Positions 8,718 to 15,086 of a stretch of 49,211 nt of DNA are shown piece after piece. Origin of the DNA: a virus (Duplodnaviria; Caudoviricetes); IMG/VR virus record IMGVR_UViG_3300023171_000018, positions 1-49,211 of that record. The stretch is one strand, 5' to 3'. The position numbers were made by a program, and so were the translations under genes. The number at the start of each line of letters is the position of its first letter. Within the stretch, counting starts at the first letter, position 1. Below the pieces are notes generated by a model. The model was not told the origin of the DNA, made no database searches, and saw nothing but the letters and a program-made list of their open reading frames with translations.

Positions 8718-9179
8718 CTACTCGTCTTCGTCGCAATCCTCGTCGTCGATAGCCTCAGCATCTTCCTTGCCGGGATAGTTTTCATCGACGTTGAGATGGA
8801 AGACGACACAAGTGTTGCCACTGTTCGAATTGAGATGACGATTGACCTCCTTGAACCCACGGCTGAGGAGTTCAGGTATCCACCGGCTTTGGTCGATCCA
8901 GCTATACTTTGAATTGATCGCGATGACGACTTCAAGGATGTTGCAAGGGCGACGACGCTTCATGTAGTCGATGTAACGGTCGAGGCGAGCCGTCCCCTTC
9001 TCCTCAGGGGCAGCTTCGTGGAAGAACCGAGTATCCGACGTCACCGACGAACCGTTTTGATCTCGGTCATCCTTCGCAATCTGCGGAATAGCGTAGTCTT
9101 TGCTGTCAGGGTTCGTACCCATACTGAAGATAGTCTTGATGCCGCAGCAGAGTCCGCCGTGGAATACGAGTTGCATCAC
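8718..9179 (-). CDS. Hypothetical protein, possible GNAT-like fold
   Basis: HGGLCCG and DQSRWIPELLSRGF..NSNSGN; acidic tail. Confidence 0.7.
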   Translation of the reverse strand: MMQLVFHGGLCCGIKTIFSMGTNPDSKDYAIPQIAKDDRDQNGSSVTSDTRFFHEAAPEEKGTARLDRYIDYMKRRRPCNILEVVIAINSKYSWIDQSRWIPELLSRGFKEVNRHLNSNSGNTCVVFHLNVDENYPGKEDAEAIDDEDCDEDE

Positions 9180-9331
9180 TCGACTCCTTCAAGGGCACGG
9201 ATGCACTGAGCGAGGTCCTCGATCTGATCACGCTTGGTTTCAAGCTGGCCGAGGAGGTTAGCGACCTCAACCTCCCGAAGTTTTTTCGAGTCTCGCATCT
9301 GTTTGAGATGCTGTTCACGATAGACACCCAT
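9176..9331 (-). CDS. Hypothetical coiled-coil protein, 51 aa (not in ORF track)
   Basis: MGVYREQHLKQMRDSKK...RALEGVE; GGAG RBS; overlaps both neighbours. Confidence 0.65.
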   Translation of the reverse strand: MGVYREQHLKQMRDSKKLREVEVANLLGQLETKRDQIEDLAQCIRALEGVE

Positions 9332-9711
9332 CAATAGTCTCCCGTAGCTAGCTCCGAGGCCGTTCCCCGGGCTTTCTTCGTATATTCGAGCCAGTCACCC
9401 GACTTAACCTCAGGACGACTGTTCATCGTGTCGTTATAGGTGTAGACGAAAAAGGGGCCGTTGCCGAAGTCTACCTCTTCCCGGAGATAGAGGGACGTCT
9501 CAGGACGATTGGAGTCGTACCCTTCGTACCTGTCGAGCTGACCGAGCTTCCTGTCATCGACCTCGATGATCTCGACAGACACTCCCGGCGACACTGAGCC
9601 GTCGAGGACGAGGCCGGGATACGAACCGAGGTCATAGATACGACCGGGGATGACAACGACCGGGAACGAACCGGGACGAAGGGTGCCATAGACGGCGACC
9701 TTGTGCTTCAC
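9331..9711 (-). CDS. Gamma-glutamylcyclotransferase (AIG2-like)
   Basis: VAVYGTLRPG, DLGSYPGL, LDRYEG, Y.R and SGDW motifs. Confidence 0.9.
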   Translation of the reverse strand: MKHKVAVYGTLRPGSFPVVVIPGRIYDLGSYPGLVLDGSVSPGVSVEIIEVDDRKLGQLDRYEGYDSNRPETSLYLREEVDFGNGPFFVYTYNDTMNSRPEVKSGDWLEYTKKARGTASELATGDY

Positions 9712-10166
9712 TTCTCGCCTCCCTTGTCATCACGGTACTTCTGCCCCTGATCCTTGGGCAACTGATCGTCGAGGTAGCCGTTGATAACGGCACGAATCTT
9801 CGTCATCTCAGGGGTCTTCAGAACCTGTTCACCGGCTTCACTGCCAGCGATGAGGTAGAATGTGTCCTTCGACGGCACGAGGAACGATGCACCCCAGAGT
9901 ATGAAGAAAAGCGGAGAGAAGTACCCGAGACGACGTAGGCTCAATCCGAGTCTATACACCGACGTATCCTCTTTCTCGACCTTGAGATACTTCTGTTCCG
10001 TACCGCTCCACCGCTCATCGATCTTAGCCGAGTCCTCTATCTTCGATATCCCACAAAAGAAGATGAAAGCGAATCCGACGAACAGTAGGAAGCTGAGAAT
10101 GCACAGCCACGTCGACACTTTCGGCAGGACATCAGCCCAATACAGGAGCCAAGAGAGCCGGTTCAC
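9708..10166 (-). CDS. Membrane protein (two TM segments)
   Basis: Two hydrophobic stretches; GTG 10166 overlaps the upstream stop. Confidence 0.7.
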   Translation of the reverse strand: MNRLSWLLYWADVLPKVSTWLCILSFLLFVGFAFIFFCGISKIEDSAKIDERWSGTEQKYLKVEKEDTSVYRLGLSLRRLGYFSPLFFILWGASFLVPSKDTFYLIAGSEAGEQVLKTPEMTKIRAVINGYLDDQLPKDQGQKYRDDKGGEK

Positions 10167-10333
10167 TGGTTCGCTCCAACGATCTGAGGCGACCAACCAC
10201 CTTCAGCCGATGTCCGGATCATGAGCTGAGGCTCGATCAAGGAATGGTGGCGTATGCGACCGAGACGGATGAGTCGGATGCGTTCACGGCGGGCCTGATC
10301 CTTTTCGGCGCGCTTCCAGAGATATTCGTTCAT
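10163..10333 (-). CDS. Hypothetical basic protein, 56 aa
   Basis: AAGGA RBS before ATG 10333 (MNEYLWKRAEKDQARRER...). Confidence 0.6.
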   Translation of the reverse strand: MNEYLWKRAEKDQARRERIRLIRLGRIRHHSLIEPQLMIRTSAEGGWSPQIVGANQ

Positions 10334-10343
10334 GCTGATTTCC

Positions 10344-10568
10344 TTAGAAAGAGAGTTCGAGGGTGTCACCCTCATAAATGGGAGTCCGGGCCGAATTCTC
10401 AGAGAGAACCTGTTCGAGGGACTTCGCCAGTTTCTGATCCTGTACGATCCCACTCGAATTGATGTAGGTCGTACCGTCACCGTTCTGGAGATAGTAGCCG
10501 CGATCGCCGCAGCCGACGACAGCTATGAGCTTACGGGGAGGACTTGCCTCCGTGATTTTGATCTTCAT
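10344..10568 (-). CDS. Hypothetical protein, 74 aa
   Basis: TGATG coupling with the glycosylase gene (MKIKITEASPPRK...). Confidence 0.6.
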   Translation of the reverse strand: MKIKITEASPPRKLIAVVGCGDRGYYLQNGDGTTYINSSGIVQDQKLAKSLEQVLSENSARTPIYEGDTLELSF

Positions 10569-11080
10569 CACAAATACTTTCTGATTTCGGAGTACCACGA
10601 CGGCTTGCCGCGATATGTCCACAAAGGTTTCCGTGAGTCGAGATTGACCCACTTATTCATAAGACAATACTGGTAGTTCGTGAAGACGTCACCACGTTGC
10701 TGCCCCGACGAATCGAAGGAGAAGACAGGCTTCGTTTCTGTTCCGGGGAAGCAGTCACCAAAGACGTGGAGGTGATTGAAGGCGAGTTCGATGACGTCCC
10801 GTGATTTGTGGTAGCGATCGAAACGGAATTGGTATTCATCCGTCAACGCCCTGCCGTGATCGACCAACCAAAGGAAGTTCGCGAGGTCCTTACGAGCCCA
10901 GACAGAGCAGGGATGGAAGACATGAGTCGAGCCATACAAACCCTTGGCGACATCCGGATATACGGTCCGGAGTGCCGTCGAAAGGAGTTGGGCTGTCTCC
11001 AAAGCCATCTTAATCACTCGCTTGTCGTCCTGAACCTGAGCACAGGCGACGGGATCATTGCTTGTGAGAAAGATGTTCAT
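10568..11080 (-). CDS. Pyrimidine dimer DNA glycosylase / endonuclease V family protein
   Basis: MNIF...DKRVIKMALETAQLLSTA, TH..HPCSVWAR and EY..RF..YHKS motifs. Confidence 0.8.
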   Translation of the reverse strand: MNIFLTSNDPVACAQVQDDKRVIKMALETAQLLSTALRTVYPDVAKGLYGSTHVFHPCSVWARKDLANFLWLVDHGRALTDEYQFRFDRYHKSRDVIELAFNHLHVFGDCFPGTETKPVFSFDSSGQQRGDVFTNYQYCLMNKWVNLDSRKPLWTYRGKPSWYSEIRKYL

Positions 11081-11223
11081 TAGAATGCTCCCGGGAAACG
11101 ACCCCTGAGTTCTTCAGAGATGCTGTCTAGCTCAGAGACATCCTGCGGTGTTCTCTGATCCTCAGGGATACCTTCAATAGTCCTGAGACGGCTATAAAGC
11201 CACTTGGCGTAGTCGTCCGTCAT
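11080..11223 (-). CDS. Hypothetical protein, 47 aa (not in ORF track)
   Basis: MTDDYAKWLYSRLRTIEG...FPGAF; GGAGG RBS; ATGA and TAATG overlaps. Confidence 0.7.
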   Translation of the reverse strand: MTDDYAKWLYSRLRTIEGIPEDQRTPQDVSELDSISEELRGRFPGAF

Positions 11224-11495
11224 GCGTCCTCCAATGGCGCTCCCACTTCTACCTTCTGGTCACCTTCGACGGTGACGACCTTCTCGAAGTTAGCGGCCAT
11301 GTAGCCATTATATACCATACCACCGGCTGTCTTACCGGTGTCAGGTATGCCAGTGACATAGACACAAGCCGTGGGTTCGTCGTTCGTTTCTGTCCCGTTA
11401 GGATTGACGAAAACTTCCTTCACCCACCCTTGGTGTCCTATGAAGAGGGAACCACGGACCTTCTTGACGTGGTCACCGACTTTGAAGTCAATCAC
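11220..11495 (-). CDS. Hypothetical protein (FKVGD N-terminus)
   Basis: 91-aa ORF with RBS. Confidence 0.7.
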   Translation of the reverse strand: MIDFKVGDHVKKVRGSLFIGHQGWVKEVFVNPNGTETNDEPTACVYVTGIPDTGKTAGGMVYNGYMAANFEKVVTVEGDQKVEVGAPLEDA

Positions 11496-11504
11496 GGGGA
11501 GTTC

Positions 11505-11633
11505 CTAGACTGGTATCGCCTGCGGCCCACATGAGACGCAGGAGAGTACGAGGACGAAGAAGATAAGGAAGAGCAGCGGGCTCTCCCACGGCGGAGGCGG
11601 GGAATGATCCCCTACGAGCCATTCGTTGGTCAC
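11505..11633 (-). CDS. Small membrane or lipoprotein-like peptide, 42 aa
   Basis: GTGA overlap; hydrophobic LLFLIFFVLVLSCVSC stretch. Confidence 0.5.
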   Translation of the reverse strand: MTNEWLVGDHSPPPPWESPLLFLIFFVLVLSCVSCGPQAIPV

Positions 11634-11770
11634 TTCCGCGAGATGCCGACGAGCTGACAGAACTGACGTTCGAAGCGGTTGCGCTCGTTGTAGTCCTGCC
11701 TCCGAAACTCGGAACCCTGCGGGACGGTGACGGTCTGACGGTTGCTGCCCGAGCCGATGGTGATACGCAT
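11630..11770 (-). CDS. Hypothetical protein, 46 aa (not in ORF track)
   Basis: GGAG RBS; MRITIGSGSNRQTVTVPQGSEFRRQDYNERNRFERQFCQLVGISRK. Confidence 0.65.
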   Translation of the reverse strand: MRITIGSGSNRQTVTVPQGSEFRRQDYNERNRFERQFCQLVGISRK

Positions 11771-11785
11771 CTAGATTCTCCAAAA

Positions 11786-11839
11786 GGGAGCCGATATCAA
11801 TGGCGATATCAAAGAGGACAATCACGAGGACTGTCCTCT
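11786..11839 (-). promoter_or_regulatory. Tandem intergenic hairpins (possible processing or pause site)
   Basis: AGAGGACAGUC/GAUUGUCCUCU stem followed by GAUAUC/GAUAUC stem, just upstream of an RBS. Confidence 0.45.
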
Positions 11840-11848
11840 CAGTTACCG

Positions 11849-12112
11849 TCAGTGAGTCATCGAGCCAGGCTTCGTGGCCCAATTCGCCTGCGACCCCTGA
11901 TGGCTGTCAGGCTGCTTGTGCCCCGGCCCCTGATCGCCGTCACGACGGGTGTGGAGACGACCGAGCGACCGACGAAGCGACCGACCACCGGGGTACGTCT
12001 TGCCGTCACGAGTACGGGCGGGCTCGGTGCCTTTACCAGATCCGACCGAATAACCAAGCTGACGTGCCTTCTCGGTGGTGATCTTCTGACCATTCAAGAA
12101 ATGGATGTTCAT
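11849..12112 (-). CDS. Hypothetical basic early protein, 87 aa
   Basis: GAGGAG RBS before ATG 12112 (MNIHFLNGQK...). Confidence 0.7.
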   Translation of the reverse strand: MNIHFLNGQKITTEKARQLGYSVGSGKGTEPARTRDGKTYPGGRSLRRSLGRLHTRRDGDQGPGHKQPDSHQGSQANWATKPGSMTH

Positions 12113-12125
12113 GGTACATACTCCT

Positions 12126-12209
12126 CTAGCGAGATTGCTAGGAAGGACAGCGAAGCCCACTCATCATAGCCGCGCTAGAATGGTGCCTCACTGTCCATCG
12201 TAACAATCT
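12126..12209 (-). promoter_or_regulatory. Internal-loop hairpin, copy A (RNase III-like processing signal)
   Basis: 9-bp and 12-bp stems around a CGAU/UUCC internal loop; same loop as 13310-13404. Confidence 0.7.
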
Positions 12210-12262
12210 AGTGGGAACTTACGGTCCCCAGTCGCCGGACGCTCACCCTCCGGTGGATAGAG

Positions 12263-12352
12263 CTAGAGTCTGTCTAAGATACTGGTGACGATATACGCCA
12301 CTATCGCAGGAACAATAACGTACCCTAGAATCCAGAGCAGGGCTTCTGTCAT
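12263..12352 (-). CDS. 29-aa single-TM peptide MTEALLWILGYVIVPAIVAYIVTSILDRL
   Basis: TAATG overlap with the upstream peptide; almost entirely hydrophobic. Confidence 0.6.
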   Translation of the reverse strand: MTEALLWILGYVIVPAIVAYIVTSILDRL

Positions 12353-12414
12353 TACGCGGTTGCCGCGAGTGCCGCTTCGAGGCTGGGATACCACTTGCCA
12401 TTGTACCAAGTCAT
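12352..12414 (-). CDS. 20-aa peptide MTWYNGKWYPSLEAALAATA
   Basis: AAGGAG RBS; ATGA overlap. Confidence 0.6.
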   Translation of the reverse strand: MTWYNGKWYPSLEAALAATA

Positions 12415-12557
12415 GCTGCTATCTCCTTCGTTCGCTGTTCATAGTACCACCCTGCCCGCCATTCACGGATAGAGACGGGAGAGTGATAGGGGTTGGTGTT
12501 GAGGAGACGGCCTTCTCGGAACGCCTCCCTGCCGATGCCGTATGGAGTCAGCGACAT
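12411..12557 (-). CDS. Rmf/CrpP-like small protein, 48 aa
   Basis: G..A...G...NPY......EW..GW pattern typical of ribosome modulation factor; AGGAG RBS. Confidence 0.65.
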   Translation of the reverse strand: MSLTPYGIGREAFREGRLLNTNPYHSPVSIREWRAGWYYEQRTKEIAA

Positions 12558-12721
12558 CACTTAACTCCTAAAGCATCCCGGATTTGCTTATTGACATAGA
12601 CAGTACCAGTGCCTGCATCATAAGCGGTGACATAAGCCCGGAGAGCAGCAGCCATCTTTGCATTGTCCTGTTGCAAGAGATAGATACTGAGATCCCCGGG
12701 CTTTTGCTGTGGCTTGTTCAT
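12557..12721 (-). CDS. Hypothetical protein, 54 aa (not in ORF track)
   Basis: ATGA overlap with 12718-13269; MNKPQQKPGDLSIYLLQQDN...DALGVK. Confidence 0.65.
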   Translation of the reverse strand: MNKPQQKPGDLSIYLLQQDNAKMAAALRAYVTAYDAGTGTVYVNKQIRDALGVK

Positions 12722-13269
12722 GCAGCCTTTTCTTCGCCGGGCTCCTTGTCGTCATTGGCGACGACCGCCGGACGCTCGACCTTCAGCCCCGACAGCGACC
12801 GAGCGATAGCCTGAATGTACGGAATGTCCGCTTCCTCGGCCTTGCCGTCGTCGATCGACTTCTCGGCACGCTTCACGAGACCTTCGATCATCTTGAGGAG
12901 GGCTTCGCCGGTCAGCGGTGCCTTCTCCTTATTCTCCTCCGCGAGCTTGTAGAAAGGGGTCGCCTTACCGGCTTCGAGGTCCCACGGGACGAACATCTTG
13001 CTGGCGGGCTTGTGCATCGCTGCGACGAACTTCGGATCGTTCTTGACGACGATAGGCGTGAACGTCTTGAACCAGAGGATGAGCATCTCACGACGCATGC
13101 TGGCTGGCATCGCCATCACGAGACCCTGAGCGGTGGAACAGTCGCCGTGTTCCTTGGCGTGCTCTGCGATCATCATCGCCGTGTCGTGGATATAGACGTT
13201 CAACTTGTCGGCATTGCTGGTCAGAGTCTTGAAACGATCCTGCATACGGGCATTGAAGGACTTCGCCAT
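12718..13269 (-). CDS. Phage early protein of unknown function
   Basis: 183 aa; the HGD..A..L...P...R...L..WF pattern resembles early proteins of other podoviruses. Confidence 0.75.
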   Translation of the reverse strand: MAKSFNARMQDRFKTLTSNADKLNVYIHDTAMMIAEHAKEHGDCSTAQGLVMAMPASMRREMLILWFKTFTPIVVKNDPKFVAAMHKPASKMFVPWDLEAGKATPFYKLAEENKEKAPLTGEALLKMIEGLVKRAEKSIDDGKAEEADIPYIQAIARSLSGLKVERPAVVANDDKEPGEEKAA

Positions 13270-13309
13270 GATAGTTACTCTCTCTTAATGCCCCATCATT
13301 GGAGACACT

Positions 13310-13404
13310 CTAGCAGTGCTAGGAAGAATAGTGACTGGATATTTTTGCTGATCCCCGGCCAGACTATGCACGTCCCGGTTGTCACTATTCATCGTAACAC
13401 TCTA
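13310..13404 (-). promoter_or_regulatory. Internal-loop hairpin, copy B (RNase III-like processing signal)
   Basis: AGUGUUA/UAGCACU and GAAUAGUGAC/GUCACUAUUC stems around CGAU/UUCC. Confidence 0.7.
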
Positions 13405-13407
13405 ATA

Positions 13408-13687
13408 CCTAGAGATAGCCCCTCGCATCGCTGGATTATCCAAGCGATTTCAGTAGGGAACGGAGACCGTTGAGACGTAGGAGATATGCGGCTTGGGTGG
13501 TTGCGTCACTAGCCTTCGTGGCTTCGTGGGCAATTTCACGGAGAGTTTGACGATACGCAGGACAAGCGAACGGTTGCCGCTTCCCTGTTCCGTTGAGATT
13601 GATATTTGCCTTCGGCTGATACGAAGCGCGGGCTGTGGAGATTGTCATGTCTTTTACTCGCGTGACTAGCGAGGGGCTATCTCTAGG
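13408..13687. repeat. Perfect 19-bp inverted repeat (13408-13426 / 13669-13687) enclosing one gene
   Basis: cctagagatagcccctcgc vs gcgaggggctatctctagg. Confidence 0.9.
13436..13648 (-). CDS. First early gene, hypothetical 70 aa
   Basis: First ORF after the non-coding leader. Confidence 0.65.
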   Translation of the reverse strand: MTISTARASYQPKANINLNGTGKRQPFACPAYRQTLREIAHEATKASDATTQAAYLLRLNGLRSLLKSLG

Positions 13688-13728
13688 GCGGACAATAGAG
13701 GGGAAATCCTCAAGCCGCCTTAGAGAGT

Positions 13729-14178
13729 GTTAGGGCACAACCGAGACCGCGACTAAACGGAATGATTGCTCAACCCTAACTGGGGACTGACAAGGCACTT
13801 ATCCACCGGCTGGTGTTTGGGTGCGTCCCCTTAATAGCCGTTCTGTACGACACCCTAGGCCATGCGTTTGGCACTACGGGGTCGTTAGTCCCGTAGCGGT
13901 GAAGTCCTATCGATCCCGGGCACTCTTGTGCCTCCGTGGACGTTATCCGCGTCGTTCTTAGCTATCGCAAGCTTAGACGATACCGATAGGCCGGTCCGCT
14001 GTCGATGACACTACGCCCCTTGATAGATTTAGCATTGAAACCCCTATTGGAGCGTTCATTGCGAACCGTAGGCGATGCCGTGTCACCGGCTGATATAGTT
14101 ACCACTCTTGAAGACTTATACTCCGGGATCTGGTCGCCCTAAGGTTCGCGTCCCATGCTGTCCGTCTGTCCGTGGTAG
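13729..14178 (-). ncRNA. Putative large structured leader / ncRNA (~450 nt)
   Basis: No RBS-supported ORF; many nested helices including a four-way junction; directly downstream of GGAAC-N16-CGTT. Confidence 0.55.
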
Positions 14179-14184
14179 TGGTAG

Positions 14185-14209
14185 AACGGTTCGGTTGCAC
14201 TATGGTTCC
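14185..14209 (-). promoter_or_regulatory. ECF (EcfG/sigmaT-type) promoter GGAAC-N16-CGTT
   Basis: GGAAC at 14205-14209, CGTT at 14185-14188, A7 tract upstream at 14223-14229. Confidence 0.65.
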
Positions 14210-14297
14210 CGGTCGTTCCACCTTTTTTTGCACCGTGGCTAGAAGCCCCTTGGAGCGCCCTTGGTGTAGGGCAGTTCGTCAGTCGGTACAACAGTAA

Positions 14298-14323
14298 GAC
14301 GCTTCAACCCCATTGTTGGTTCC
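14298..14323 (-). promoter_or_regulatory. Second ECF-type promoter GGAAC-N17-CGTC
   Basis: GGAAC at 14319-14323, CGTC at 14298-14301. Confidence 0.5.
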
Positions 14324-14496
14324 GTGTAATCTTCTGTCGTTGTTGCACCGTCCTTTGTACTATTGTTACAGGATCGCCCCTAGTCTGTGTCATTATGTTG
14401 CGTATGAGACGACATATCATTGTATTGTTGCGTCATTGGTGCATCCATTGATGTATTATTACTCATGTCCATTGATCTTTGTTACATTGTTGCGTC
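14311..14496. repeat. Array of short CATTG / TGTTGCGT motifs
   Basis: CATTG at 14311, 14418, 14434, 14446, 14470, 14485; TGTTGCGT at 14396, 14426, 14488. Confidence 0.6.
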
Positions 14497-14534
14497 CACG
14501 GAGGAGGGGGCCTGTGTTCTCTGTTTGTTCCGGT

Positions 14535-14585
14535 GGGGTGCCGGGGGTGGGGGAGCATGGAACGGGCGCGGGAGGGGTAGAGGGG
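14535..14585 (+). other. G-run cluster (G-quadruplex-capable), possibly near the packaging or terminus site
   Basis: Seven G3-G5 runs in 51 nt. Confidence 0.6.
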
Positions 14586-15031
14586 TCAGCCCACCTCATT
14601 TTCTCTATAAAAAATCCAAGGACCTTCTAAGCGATTTAAGCCCCTTACAGAAGAATTCCTAATTGAGAGCTACCCTCGTACCCCATTGACCCCTTTTTCT
14701 TCTCTATGGTGCCTATACGGGCCTTATTGGAGGCTTCCATTGACAACTCCACGGGCTCGCATGGCTCGCCCCATTGGAAATCCCCCTGGGATGAGACATA
14801 AAAATAAGGAATCCGGCCCCTCCTTTGGAGATTACTTAGAAACTCCTCAGAGAATCTCCTAGGATATATTCTCTTTTGTTTAATTCTCTTAGATATGTCT
14901 ACTCAGGATTATCCATAGTATATATCCTATATATATTACTTAGTATAACGTAGGTAGATTTCTGAAATTTCAAGGGGTCTTATAAAATAAATATTAATTT
15001 ACTTGTTTTTGTCTCTCTTGTACGATTTCTC

Positions 15032-15064
15032 TTGACTTTTGTCACTAAATCGAGTATAATAGGT
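15032..15064 (+). promoter_or_regulatory. sigma70-type late promoter TTGACT-N17-TATAATAGGT
   Basis: -35 at 15032-15037, -10 at 15055-15060; upstream of terS. Confidence 0.8.
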
Positions 15065-15086
15065 GTATAAGGGAAGGAGATGTCTC

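Noticed and set aside
11505-11882. 125-aa ORF from the track
   Set aside because: Better explained by two RBS- or overlap-supported small genes (11630-11770, 11505-11633) and an intergenic hairpin region.
12518-12542. Plus-strand GGAAC-N16-CGTA ECF-like promoter
   Set aside because: It has an imperfect -10 and lies within the coding sequence of the Rmf-like gene; probably chance.
13745-13895. Group I intron (P7-like GACUA/UAGUC pairing)
   Set aside because: No interrupted gene and no recognisable P, Q or S consensus; the pairing is kept only as part of the ncRNA candidate.
12570-14215. Recurrent CCGGGA/GGA motifs as a CsrA/Rsm sponge
   Set aside because: Several copies are inside small ORFs, they are not consistently in hairpin loops, and the inferred host group mostly lacks CsrA.
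14313-14662. Plus-strand ORFs of 105 and 80 aa in the control region
   Set aside because: Low-complexity translations of the repeat and G-run tract, with TTG starts and no RBS.
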